Positions 48,445-61,451 of a DNA stretch of 64,000 bases are shown piece after piece (position 1 is the stretch's first letter; the number at the start of each line of letters is the position of its first letter). Where the stretch lies: assembly GCF_963921235.1 (NCBI RefSeq), contig NC_086108.1, positions 99,884,001 through 99,948,000 on the forward strand, written 5' to 3'. The translations under genes were made by a program, and so were the position numbers. This DNA comes from Mobula hypostoma. Lineage: Eukaryota. The notes under the pieces were generated by a model. It saw only the letters and a list, made by a program, of their open reading frames with translations. It searched no databases and was not told the DNA's origin.

Positions 48445-48672
48445 CCCTTCACCTTCCCTTCCCCACCCACCTACCTTCCCCCTCACCTGCCTTCATCTAT
48501 CACCTTCCAACTTGCTCTCCTTGCCCTCTCCCTATGTTCTTATTCTCTTTTATTCCACCTTCCTTACAAATCATGATGAAGGGTCTCTGGCCGAAATGTC
48601 AACTGTTTATTCCTCTCCGTAGATGCTGCCTGACCTGCTGAGTTTCTCCAGCATTTGTGACGTGTTACTCTA
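48445..48672 (+). mobile_element. Penelope terminal fragment, degenerate hammerhead
   Basis: ATGATGAAGGGTCTCTGGCCGAAATGTCAACTG followed by the family tail. Confidence 0.7.
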
Positions 48673-49551
48673 GGAGAGTTAATAACAGCATTGCTCTACT
48701 CAGATCCAACATTTCCTTGATGGGCTGAATGGCATACTGGAATATAATACAATTCTACTTGCACAGGACGCGTGGATCTGCTCCCTCCAATTTCACAACA
48801 ACCTCTCCTACCGAGCTCAGAGATACCCTGCCTTCTCCCCCTTCCATCACCAGATGTTACAAAAACCTGAAAGCACATCTCATCAGGCTCAGTCCTACTC
48901 TAGAACAGATCTCTTGTGTGATAAAGATAGATTCTTGATCTCACAAAATATCATGAAATAGCCTTGCACCTTATTGTCTGCCTGCACTGCACTTTCTCAG
49001 TAACTACAACACTCTAATCTGCATTCTGTTATTGCTTCTCCCATTGCACTACCTCATACTTCCATGATGAAATAATCCATGTAGATGTCATGCAAAGCAA
49101 ATGTTTTTCATTGAATCTTGATCCATGTGACAATAATAAGCTAATTATAAATTTATCCGAAGCATTCTTTGGGATGAGGTGAAAGATGGGAATGTGGGAT
49201 CACATTCTCACAAAATCATATTGGGATATTTTCAATTCATCCAACAACACCCCCCCCCCACCCCCAACTTACAGCTGCAGCAAAAACTGCACACAATCTG
49301 AACTATTAATGATCTGCTGGTTCGTATTTTTGGCAGATGCTTTTTAATGCTTATTATTGTAGCTTTACAGTAAAGCTGTAAAGCTGAAATAAACACTGTG
49401 TTGGAACATGCCCAGCAGCTTTCAAAAAGGAGAAAAACTGGTTTAACGTTCTGCTCCTGGAGCTGCAGAGAGTTTTATATCTGCATCAGTTTGTCCTCTT
49501 TAGAAATGTTAAAGTGATTTGCTACGCATTTAAAGCATTTTAACCGTTTTA

Positions 49552-49752
49552 AAAGGGAAGGGAAGGAGGAGGGGACCAGGGAGAGGTGATAGGCAGGTGA
49601 GGAGAGAAGAGAAGAGTCCCGATGAAGAGTATCAGCCTGAAACATCGACAGTTTACGTCTTTTCACGGATGCTGCCTGACCTGCTGTGTTCCTCCAGCAT
49701 TTTGTGTCCTGTTGCTTTGTATTTCCAGTATCTGCAGAATCTTTTGTGTTTA
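49552..49752 (+). mobile_element. Penelope terminal fragment with 5' inversion, degenerate hammerhead
   Basis: An inverted purine-rich segment is followed by AGTCCCGATGAAGAGTATCAGCCTGAAACATCGAC and the family tail. Confidence 0.65.
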
Positions 49753-50029
49753 ATGCATTTTGTTTTCCCTTCACTCTAATTTAGAATCAAACGACATGGA
49801 TATTCAGCCCTATGTCTCTATAATCTTCTTATCTGCCTTTTCTCAGGAAATGAAAAGCATATCTGCACATATTTACTTCTACACCACTTCTCCCTAATAT
49901 TAAGATACAGAGCATTGCTCTTCTCAGTTGCCCATTAATAGCTAAAGATTTGACAAGACCTACTTGAATATACTTCCAGTGAACCTTCTGTTGTGTAATT
50001 CAGATCACAATTGCTGGATCACTTACTTA

Positions 50030-51362
50030 TGAGAGGTAAGATGGCAGCAAGTTGGAACACAGTGGTTTCTACAGGGCCACTCAAAGGTGTTATTCTCTTT
50101 TCTAAATGTATTTGGTTATGATCGCAAGAACCTGTTGGACATTAAGAACTCAAAGTACTGCACACATACCCCATCAGTGAGTTGCTCATTGGCGGAGAAA
50201 CTGAAGGAGTTGGAGGGTGCAGATTCTGTGGCTGGAGAGACATCAGAGTCAATGTGTGAATGTGGTGTGCAGTTTAGCAGGGACTGCAAGACCATGGTGG
50301 TCATTGGTAATGCGGCATAAGATAAATTAAGATAAGGTAAGATAAAACTTTATTTATCTTGAAGGAAGCTATTGTTGCAAGGCTGCTCGGTCAGAAGTAT
50401 ATACTTTAAAATACACAATGTACACATTGAGGTAAAAAGTGATAGTGCAAAACACAGATGTGCAATGAAACCAAATGCTTATATACTTAAAGAGAAGGAG
50501 TTGTAGAGTCTTATAGCCACGGGGAGAAAGGATCTCCTGTGGCGTTCAGTGGTGCACCTCAGTGGAATCAGTTTATTACTAAAGGTGCTCCTCTGTTTGT
50601 CCAGTGTGTCATGGAGGGAGCGAAAGGGATTGTCCATACTGCTCCATAGCTTCTGTAGTGGCATCCTCTCAGACACAACCACCAGAGAATCCATTCCACC
50701 TCCAGATCAGAACCAGCCTTCCTGACGAGCTTACCGATCTTCTTGGTGTCAGCTGCTCTCACCCTGCTACCCCAGCAGACTACAACGTGGAATAGAGTGC
50801 TGGCCACTACTGAGTTGTGGAACTTCTGCAGACGGTGAATGACTGGGTTGTCCTCAGGAACTACAGTCGGCTCTGTCCGTTCGTGGACAGAGGCCCTGTA
50901 TTTTTAGTCCAACGTCATACTGCAAGTCTGCAAGTGTGGCTCACTGGTTTACTGGCGAATGGCAAGAGAGCTGCGTTGTCTTGGCCATAGCAAGGACTAG
51001 GCCTCAAGCTGCAGTGTCGCCTGTGTGCAGCCGTCCAGGAGGGAGGCGTTGGAGTTGGAGCCGGAGGTGGTGTAGTACTGCGTCCATGCCAGCAGCATTA
51101 GTACTGGTCTCCAGCGTTTGCTCAGCAGAAGGCAAACTTTCTAGTGTTTGACTGCACACTGCTACAACATTCATGGACTCTGGGACTTGAATCATATATA
51201 TTTTATGTGAGATTGTATGTTTACTGCTATCTTATATGTCCTATATGTGCCTTGTGTTGTGGATGATGTTGGTACCGTATTTTGCACCTTGGCCCTCTTT
51301 AGATTGGCCGTATGCATGTGTATTTATGTCTGGTTGAATGGCAATTGAACTTGAATTAAACT
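50030..51362. mobile_element. Rex/Babar-related non-autonomous element (+) with a Rex1 fragment (-) inserted at ~50318-50915
   Basis: 5' AAGATGGC and YDRKNLLDIK. The inner minus-strand ORFs give VVCWGSRVRAADTKKIGKLVRKAG and RCTTERHRRSFLPVAIRLYN, with a (GATAA)n tail. Confidence 0.6.
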
Positions 51363-51444
51363 TATCTTCTTGTTCATTTTTAAATCTGTAACCACTCCTG
51401 CAATCAGTTTCTAGTTATCTGAACTACTAGAACACTTCATAAGA

Positions 51445-52158
51445 TCCTCATAGAGGTATCAGAAGTGGTGAGAGTGAGCAGTTTCAAGTTCCTGGGTCTC
51501 AAGATCTCTGAAAACCTAACCTGGTCCCAACATATCGATGCAGCTATAAAGAAGGCAAGACAGTGACTATACTTCATTATGAGTTTGAAGAGATTTGGTA
51601 TGTCAGCAAAAACACTCAAAAACTTCTATAGATTTACCTTGGAGAGCACTCTGACAGGCTGCATCACTGTCTGGTATGGGGGGTGGGGGGGGCGACTACA
51701 CAGGACCAAAAGAAGCTGCAGAGGGTCGTAAATTTAGTCAGCTCCATCTTGGGTACTAGCCTACAAAGGTCCCTGGGACATCTTCAAGGAGCGGTGTCTC
51801 AGAAAGGCAGCGTCCATAATTAAGGACCTCCAGCGCCCAGGGCATGCCCTTTTCTCACTGTTACCATCAGGTAGGAGGCACAGAAGCCTAAAGGCACACA
51901 CTCAGCGATTCAGGAACAGCTTCTTCCCCTCTGTCATCCAATTCCTAAATGGACATTGAAATGGACATCACTTTTTTAATATATTTATTATTTCTGTTTT
52001 TGCACGATTTTTGATCTAATCAATATACATATTCTGTAATTGATTGATTGACTGATTTTTTTCTCTTCTATATCATGTATTGTATTGAACTGCTGCTGCT
52101 GCTAAGTTAACAAATTTCATGACACATGCCGGTGATAATAAACCTGATTCTGATTCTC
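51445..52158 (+). mobile_element. Rex1/Babar-type LINE 3' portion
   Basis: Translates VSSFKFLGLKISENLTWSQHIDAAIKKARQ..RFGMSAKTLKNFYR..LTGCITVWYG. Tail AATAAACCTGATTCTGATTCT. Confidence 0.85.
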
Positions 52159-54211
52159 AAAATCTCTATTAAATCTTCTCTTAACTTTCTATTCTCTGGC
52201 GGAAGTTTCCCTCATCATCTAATTTCTGCACATGGAGCAACACAGTGGTACAACAAGCAGAGCCCCTGTGTCACAGAGCCAGAGACCCTGGTTCAATATT
52301 CACCCTGGATCCTGTCAGGGTGGAGTCTGCATTTCTCCCTGTAACCACATAACTTTCCTCCACGTGCACTTGACTCTTCCCAGTGACATAGGTCGTTGGG
52401 TCACTGTAAATCGCTCCTGGTGTGGAGGTAAATTCTAGGATCTAGAGGGGAAGTGATGAGAATTGGGGGGGGGGGTGGGTTCGATCAGGCAGACATTGCT
52501 ATGAACTGTCATTTTCTATGTTGTGACTGTATGACATTACTGAATTCTTTCAACTATGCGTTCTTACTCAGTGTGTACCAGTTATACAATACTGAAAAAT
52601 ATGTTATTAAGTTTGAGCAGGATATATTTTTCTAATGGATTATAAACCATCTCTTGTTCCATTATCCCTGCTGAGTTCCCCACTTTGACGGATTATAAAC
52701 AAAGGATAACATTGTGAATTACTCCAGGCCCACTCAACTTTTTGAACTGGAAACATCCCAAGTAAGAGCTGTTCATAGGATATAGATCAGATTAATACAG
52801 TTACTTTCCTCAGTTAAGTTACACAACCACGCCATCTATTAAATATTGTTTTCCAAGTGAAAAATAGAATCTGCCTTGTCTGCATTTCTTCATTGCTCTG
52901 GCTTGCTGTCTCTTGAATCTAAATTCCATCTACATGTTCTGTTGTTTTTAAGAAGGCCAAATCCTCAATACTATGGACTCCCTGAATGAAAGTAAATTGC
53001 AGCTGATTTCCTTTTAGGTTCCTGTTCAGAGGCACCATCATGCAGAGCAGGGTTTAAAGAGAAAAGCCAGAAAACCTTCCTGAAGCCTCAGGTAAAATCA
53101 GGACAGTTGGAACACAGTCTTGACTTCAAGCAATAATTGCTTGAACAGAGACCATCATTTATTGTGTTCAGTTCTGGTCATCTCATTAGAAGAAGCTTCA
53201 GAGAGGGTACAGAGGAGATTTACCTGGATGTTGCCTGGATTAGAGAGCATGTCTTCAGAATATAAGTCGCGTGAACCTTCTCTTTCGGCTAAAGGAGATC
53301 GTGAAGTGACTCGATAGAGATGTAGAAGATGATATGAGGCAAAGTTCGAGTGGATAGCTAGAGATTTTTTTTCCCAGGTGGAGATGGCTTTCACAAGGAG
53401 GCAAAATTTAGGGTGGTTGAACGAATGTACAGGGGAGGGGGTAATTTTTTCTTTTTTTTTACACAGAGAGTGGGGAGTGCCAGGTGGAATGTTTGGCCGG
53501 GGTAGCGGAAGGGTGAGGTTGATTTTAGAGCAAGTTAAAAGGTCAACACATCATCAAGGGCTGAATGGCCTGTACCGTGCTGTAGTGTTCTATGTAAATG
53601 ACAATATTCCAAAGAAACTTGGGCAGGTTAATGTAGAGGACAGGGTCAGAAGTGTATGAGCTAAATGTGACCAACTTGGTGGGCACCATGGTCAACATGG
53701 ACGAGTTGGACTGAATTACCTATGATTTTAGGGGGATTTCAGAGGTGAGCTTTTTTTTGCACAGAGAGTGATGGGTGTGTGGAAAGTCCTTCCAGGGGGT
53801 GTGGTAAAGGCAAATTTTGTGTATTTAATATTTAAGTTATATTTGTGTAATCTTGTATATGTGTTGTTTGATTAAGTATTCTTGTTCATTTAAATAATAT
53901 ATAATTGGTTTTGGTAAAAACTTTGAGTGGCACAACCCTAGTAATTGAATTTTCCCCACAATTCTACAATTTTATTTCCTACATTCAAATACTTACCCAA
54001 TTAATTTTTGAAAGTCAGAGACGAATTTGCATGCACTAAACATCATCCCAGGACTGTTATCGTTCACTTTGACTCATCATCCTATGGCCTTTGATGGGGA
54101 GGGAACAGTTTGTGAAGCAGGTTTGGAACAAGAGTAAATGACGTTGCACCCTTTGCATTGGAATCGCTGCATCTAGTATGTGTCATAGTCTCTATTTCAC
54201 AGCTTCTTATA

Positions 54212-54750
54212 CGCACAGTGGCCACGTTACTGGGTACACCTGGGTACACCCGCTTGTTAATGCAAATCTCTAATCAGCCAATCACGCCGCAGCAACTCAA
54301 TGCATAAAATCATGCGGACATGGTCAAGACGTTCAGTCGTTGTTCAGACCAAACTTAACAGTGGGGAAGGAATATAATCTAAGTGGCTGACTGTGGAATG
54401 ATTGTCGTTGCCAGACGGGGTGGTTTGAGTGCCTCAGAAACTGCTGATCTCCTGTGATTTTCACACACAATGGTGAAAGAATGGTGTGAAAAACAAGAAA
54501 AGCATCCAGTGAGTGGCAAATCTGTGGGTGAAAATGCCTTGTTGATGAGAGAGTAGAATGGCCAGAATGGATCAAGCTGACAGGAAGGTGACAGCACCTC
54601 AAATAACCACGTGTTACAACAGCAGTGTGCAAACGAGCACAATGTGTTGAACCTTGAACTAAAGAGCTGTAGCAGCAGAAGGCAATATGCCTGCACTCAG
54701 TGCCCACTTTATTTGGTACAGGAGGTACCTAATAATGAAGCTACTGAGTG
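54212..54750 (+). mobile_element. Non-autonomous Tc1 element with TA flanks
   Basis: TA|CGCACAGTGGCCAC... to ...CTACTGAGTG|TA. HTH remnant present. Extra internal TIR starts at 54694. Confidence 0.85.
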
Positions 54751-55794
54751 TATATAGTCAGTGTACCTGTTAAACAGACTTGTACTTGCTGCAGTTGGTA
54801 CATTGTTAATCTATCTGAACCCGTGGTATTTTAATTAAAAAAAACAGCACAAGTGAATATTTTAGATGCACGTCAAGAAGCACTATGTAACAACTATACA
54901 ACCATGTTTATACTGATTGGGTTGGGAACGAGGAGACTTTAGATCAGGGCTTCCCCTCCTGTGGTCTGCAGACCCCTCGGTTAGTAGTAAGTGTCCATGG
55001 CAAATAAAAGGTTGGGAACCCCTGTTGTGGGATTAAAAGGAGCATAAAACAACATTGATATTTTGAGTCAAATCACCTTCTTCAGGGGGTAAATTCTGTA
55101 GTTCCCAAGGTTATTTTACATTGTTATTTGGAACCTCACATTTCTGCAATTGGATTCTGCGTCCTGATCTGTGTTATTATTGTATTTCTTTCCTCGTTAC
55201 TTCAAAGAGTGCGAGCTGCTCTCTGAGCACCTGAACGAAGCCTCTGAAGTTCCATTGCACAAATTGCACCCTTTTTAGTGTTTGATTAATAGTTTTGCAA
55301 TTACTAATTGACTGCGCTGTGAACAAATGCAGGCTGGAATTAGCAGAGCAAGCCTGTCACTGGAGATCACTGCCTCCTCTCTCCTTAAATCCCCAAGATA
55401 AGCGAAGAAAAGGAAACAATTAAAAATCCTGGCCTAAAAATCCATGCAGCAATAAGCATATAGGGATATCTGGATGACACCCCATCAAAAACGCTTCCCA
55501 AGATCTCTTGAGAGCTAAAGGACTGCTTATGCTCAAGATACTAAGGCTGTTTGCAGTTCTTGTTTATCAAGCTCAAGTTTATTGTCATTCAGCCGTACAC
55601 ATGTATACAGCTAATAAAACAATATTCCTCTGGGACCAAGGTGTAAAGCACAGTACATATATCACATGCAGCACATAAAATAATATTTACACAGTAGTAT
55701 TAACAGATAATAATAATAAGTATTCTGTAGATGATAAACACAAGGGATTCACAGATGCTCGAAATTTTCTGCAGATGTGTGGGTTTCCCTGACT

Positions 55795-56310
55795 GTAGAA
55801 CAGAGCACAGTACAGGCCCTTTTGCCCATGATATTGTGTCAATCTTTTAACCTACTCTCAGATCAATCTAGCTGTTCCCCTCCCGTGTAGCTTTTCACTT
55901 TACTATCATCCACGTGCCTATCTAAGAGCTTGTTAAATGTTCCTCATGCTTCATGTATCTGCCTCTGTCCCCACCCCTGGCAGGTCGATCCAGTCACCTA
56001 CCACTCTCTGTGTAAAAAAACTTTCCGCTGATATACTGTACCCCATACACTTTGCCCCAATCACCTTAAAATTATGCCCCCCCCCTTGCATTTCCACCCT
56101 GGGAAAAAGTTCCTGGCTATATACTCAATCTAACTCTCTTATCATCTTGTACATCTCTACCAAGTCACCTCTCATCTTCATTTGCTCCAAAGAAAAAAGC
56201 CCCAGCTCGCTCAACCTATATAAGACATACACTCTAGCCCAGGTAAATCTCCTCTGCATCCTCTCTAAAGCTTCCACATCCTCGCTACCATAAGGTGATT
56301 AGAACTAATT
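55795..56310 (-). mobile_element. CR1 LINE 3' end
   Basis: CACAGTACAGGCCCTTTTGCCCA tail and reverse-complement RRMRGDLVEMYKMIR. Confidence 0.8.
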
Positions 56311-56850
56311 AGCCATTCTCAGTATTTATGTGAAAGTACTGCTCTTCTTCCCAAAGTTCAACCTAAGCTACAGCAAAATAAATATTTCTCCTGTTGTGTG
56401 GACAGTGTGACAGCTCCCATTCAATGAATCGGTGCCTTTGCAGGGGATAATTGTGTGAATGATAAAATCATTACCTTGAAGCTGGAAATTAGTTTCATAG
56501 AGACCACTACATCGTCCTTTGTAGGCTAGTGGATAAAACAAAACATTCAGGACTGAATGAACACTTTATTTATTCAAAGTGTCAGCAATCACGCAAATAC
56601 CTGTGCCTTATCCAAAAATCTATCAGAGTTCTGCTACGTGATACAGTTTGTAAAGTTACGCCATGTACACTTGTACGCTAGCACCTTCTCCCAGGGTGAC
56701 AATGGCTAATATGAGAGGGCACAATTCAAAGTTTAAAGAAAGTTTATTATCAACTACTATCCGAGTTTCATTTTCTTGCAGGCATTCACAGTAAAACAAA
56801 AAATACAGTATAATCAGTGAGATATTACACTCAAAAGCTAACAAACAATC

Positions 56851-57269
56851 GTCGTCATGGCTATCCCTCGAGGTCGAAGATGAGGGTCTTTGTTCTGAAG
56901 AAGCGGCCCACAGAGTGAAGATGCCTATGCGTGTATTTGTTTAACACGTACTTGATGTTGCACTCCATGAAGCACACGATACTTCACAAATCAACCAACT
57001 AATTCCAATGGCATGGAAACCATGACGATTGGAGCTGATGAATTTGTTGCAGCCTTCATCCGCCTTCACAGCCGTTGAGTTTGAAGTAACTTCATCCGCC
57101 TGTTCCACCGCTGAAGTCTTGGTTGGATTGTTCTTCGTCAGGGACCTCACCCTCGATCTTACCGCCATGGGTGACCCTACCAGGAGCATAGCTCCAGACG
57201 GCATTGCTCTCGGGATCACAGGACCACACAAGCTTCTCCACCACGACAAGGTGACAATCCACGGAGAAG
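56851..57269 (-). mobile_element. Complete 419-bp non-autonomous bipartite RTE element
   Basis: TSD ACAAACAATC at 56841-56850 and 57270-57279. The 5' end GGATTGTCACCTTGTCGTGGTGGAG..GGTAGGGTCACCCATGGC resembles RTE (Expander/BovB) 5' UTRs. Short GAC-type 3' tail. Confidence 0.75.
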
Positions 57270-57887
57270 ACAAACAATCAATGTGCAAAAGAAATCAAAC
57301 TGTACAAATACAAAAAAAATTGTAATAAATAAATAATACTGAGAACATGAGTTGTACAGTCCTTGAAAGTGAATCTGTAGCAGAGGTTCCCAACTTCTTT
57401 AATGCTATGGAACCTTACCATTGACCAAGGGGTCGGTGGACCCCAGGCTGGGAAGCACTGGTCTATGGGTTGTGAAATCAGTTCAGAGTTGAGGCTGTCC
57501 CTGCCAGTGTTTCCACACAAGGTTAATTTTAAGGTGATTGGAGGAAAGTTTAGGACAGATGTTAGAGGTACGTATTTTAGAGAGAAAGTGGTTTGTGCAT
57601 GGAATACGCTGCCAGGGTGGTGGTAGAGGCAGATACATTAGGGACATTTAAGAGACTCTTAGAAAGGCATATGGATGAAAGAAGAGTGAAGGGTTAGGTG
57701 GTAGCGAAGCAGTACATTGATCTCGAAGGAGGCCGAAATGTCCAATCAACTTCATGGCCACAGGGCTGCATTACTGTGCTGTAGAGCTCTATGTTCTACA
57801 TAGTTATTGTTGTATTGGTGACAACTCTTTCCATCTGCAAATGAACAAGGTCTTCTATTGGAAAAAATGTTGGCCTGAATGCAAGAA

Positions 57888-58270
57888 TAGTAGTGGTGTG
57901 ATCACTCGAGTCAAGTACGAAAGTATGATGTTCTCCTAAGGAGTTATTCCTTTAATGGAGAACGGCTGTCATGAGCAGAAACCACACAGCCTTTGGCAGA
58001 TCAGAGTCAGGGTCCAGTGACGTGGAATGCAACTCAACGGGGGACCCCTCACTGCTGTAGCCTTCCTGTGCTTTCACTGCCATTGTGATGTGTCATCATC
58101 TGCCACCCACTCCATCACTGAGGTCTTGGTTGGATCGCTCCTTGCCTGGAACCTCCCCCTTGACCTTACCGCTGTGCGTGACCCTACCAGATGACTAAAC
58201 TCCAGATGGCATCGCTCTTGGGATCTCAGGAACTCAGAAGCCTCTTGACAAGGTGATGATCCTTGGAGAA
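57888..58270 (-). mobile_element. Non-autonomous RTE-derived element (older copy)
   Basis: Colinear with 23271-23657. Shares GTGACCCTACCAG..CTCCAGATGGCATCGCTCTTGGGATC..GACAAGGTGA with 56851-57269. Confidence 0.6.
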
Positions 58271-60494
58271 GGAACATAAAAATATAACGTCAGACAAGGA
58301 AGCGGGAGTAGTTTATACTGATATAGACCCTCAAAGAAGCAAATGTAGTTCATAAGGACCCTCACGACAGCTCCACAATTGATTGAGATCTTGGAAGATC
58401 CTGCTGGTTGACTGATCTTAGCTTCAATGACTGGGCATCCAGAGCCCCTCCAGCTCAGAGCGCTGCACAGCTTGCAACCTACCAAGTCAAGATGGTTGTC
58501 TTCACCTCAGTCCTAAAAGGTCTGAGATGTTCCTGTGAAATTCTGCTTGCGGTTATAAACTCTCTGGACAGAGCAAGCAGCTTCTCAGAATCTCATACAT
58601 TTTGATGTGAGATTGCCCTACCTTTAAAATACCTCTAAGACCATGCAAAATCTTTACACTTTTTTCCAAAGTGGACAGTGCGTCAGAAATGGGCTCACAT
58701 CTCTCACATGCTTCACTTAATTGGACTAATTTGCAGAGCCAACATACATGCACACAAAGTATGCAACTGGTACACCTGCTATGTGGAATTTGAATCAGTT
58801 TTTAATAGCTATTCATTCCTCAATACATATTTCATCTTTATCTTATTTGCCAGGAAGTCCATAAATCACAGAAATGCAGAGTATGAAGGATGATATAAAA
58901 TGTTAACTGGAGGCTTTGAATGTGCACAACAAAAGACTCTTCCGTGTTGTAGCAGTTATTAAGCACCATACTGTTATCAAATACCGTAGCTGGTAATCGG
59001 TAACATTACCATCAAAAATGATATGCCAGTTTTGAATACATCGACAACTTGTGCAACATCAGCTCGGATGTACAATGTCAACTATAATGACCGGCAATGA
59101 ATTATAAAATGGTGCTTCATAAATGACATAACACTGGCCCCAGTGTGATAGAATATTTATGCGGTAAATGAAACTAATTACCGAAGGTACAGTGTGAATA
59201 ATGAAGACTGTTCCGATTGATGAGGAGAATGATTTGAAGCTGGGCCTTCTCCATTGTGTCTTTCTTTTTGAAAAGGCACACTAGTTTTTAAGTATTGTTT
59301 GCTTATGAGGGGCTTTGTTTGGTTTGGTTGACTGTTCATTTTGTATAATACCTTAAAACCCTAAGACATAGGAGCAGAATTAGGCTATTCAGCCCATCGA
59401 ATCAATCATTGATATATCAATATATATCAATCACTGAAATAATATGGTCGGCTTCAAGTGATTTACAGTGATTTTACATGTTGGCGCAGAGATGAGAACG
59501 AGGGGTATAGAGATCATTCAATGTTTCGATGAGGCAGCATGATGGCATAGTGGTTACAGCACCAGTGATCACCAATTTAGCTTCAATTTGTGCCACTGTC
59601 TATAAGAAGTTTGTCTGTGCTTCCCTGTGACCACATGGGACTTGTAACATAAGAAATAGGAGCAGGAGTAGGCCATCTGGTCCATTGGGCCTGTCCCACT
59701 ATTCAATAAGGTTGTGGCTGATCTGACCATGGACTCATCTCCACCTACCTGCCTTTTCCCCATAACCCTTAATTCCCCTACTATGCAAAAATCCAGGTGG
59801 TCTGGCTTCCCCCCGCTTTCCAAATGCAGGCAGTTTAGGATTAGCAAGTGGTGGGCATGCTATGTTGGTGGCAGAAGCATAGCGATACTTGTGGGCTGCT
59901 CCCAGATCATTCCTCAGACTCACTTGATCATTGATACAAAGCAACGCATTTCACTGTTATATCCCGATGTTTCAGTGCACATGAGACACATTAAGACAAT
60001 CTTACTGTTAAAATATTCAACCCTTCAGGCGTGTTCCACTATCAAATCAGAATCAGAACCAGATTTAACATCACCAGCAGAAAACAAATGTCACATATGC
60101 CGGTGTTATTAAACCCGATCCTGATTCTAAGGCATTGGTGATTAATGACTGATGTCTATTTATCCACCTTGGATCAACTTCCCGTGGCCAGCAAATTCAA
60201 TGAAATTTGCATCCTCTGCTTCTTGTGCGATGGAACTCCATAACGGATAATCGGCCACTGGTTTATTACTGTCAGGTGTACCAAGTTAAATCTAAAGGCT
60301 TCATCCCTGATGAAGATGGCAGTATTTGTCATTGAAACATCAATTATAATCAACACTTGTACCCGGTTGGAAGCCCAAGAAGAGGCTTTTGTTTCCATGC
60401 ATTCCAGACAGATCATTCCATACATAAGTACATCGAAATAGTACCAAATATAAAAAAGAATGCAATGTTATTCCTACAGAGAAAGTACAATACC

Positions 60495-61145
60495 ATGGGG
60501 TTGAGAGGGTGAGCAGCTTTAAGTTCCTTGGCATAGACATCACCGAGGATCTCACTTGGTCTATACATACTGGCTGTGTGGTGGAAAAAGACACAACAGC
60601 GCCTCTTTCACTGCACACAGTTGAACAAGTTTGCTATGGGCCCTCAAATCCTAAGAACTTTCTATAGGGGCACAATTGAGAGCATCCTGACTAGCCGCAT
60701 CACTGCCTGGAATGGGAACTGTACTTCCATCAATCGCAGGACTGCAGAGAGTGGTGCGGACAGCCCAGCGCATCTGTAGATGTGAACTTCCCACTATTCA
60801 GGACATTTGCAAAGACAGGTGTGTAAAAAGGGCCCAAAGGATCATTATGGACTCGAGTCACCCCAACCACAATCTATTCCAGCTGCTATCATCTGGGAAA
60901 TGGTACCACAGCATAAAAGCCAGGACCAATGGGCTCCGGGACAGCTTCTTCCACCAGGCCATCAGACTGATTAATTCATGCTGACACAACTGTATTTCTG
61001 TGTTATATTGTTGTACATATTATTTATTATAAATTACTATAAATTGCACATTGCACATTTAGACAGAGATGTAATGTAAAGATTTTTACTCCTCATGTAC
61101 ATGAAGGATGTAAGTACTACAGTCAATTCAATTCAATTCTATTCA
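60495..61145 (+). mobile_element. Rex1/Babar-type LINE 3' portion
   Basis: VERVSSFKFLGIDITEDLTWS, FYRGTIESILTSRITAWNG, HPNHNLFQLLSSGKWYHSIKARTNGLRDSFFHQAIRLIN. (CAATT)n tail. Confidence 0.85.
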
Positions 61146-61451
61146 CCGAGACAAAGTGTGATGGCCATGATGGAAGTAGATTAAGAGTTCTTGTCTGGTG
61201 TATTAGAAATCCATTCAATGTCTGATAACAGTGGATTGGAATCTGTCCTCAGGACTGGTGGTGTGTGTTCTCAAGCTTTTCTATCTTCTGCCTGAAGGGA
61301 GTGTGCAGAAGAGAGAATGACTGGGATGGGAGGAGGTCCTTGATTATGTTGACTGCTTTCCCAACATAACAGGAAGTGCAGACAGAATCAGAATCAATGC
61401 AGGACAGGCTTGTTTTCCTGGTAGAGTGGGCTATGTTCACAACACTCTAAT

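Noticed and set aside
59407..59422. 14-bp palindrome ATTGATATATCAAT
   Set aside because: Short and AT-rich at a repeat junction; likely repair filler or chance.
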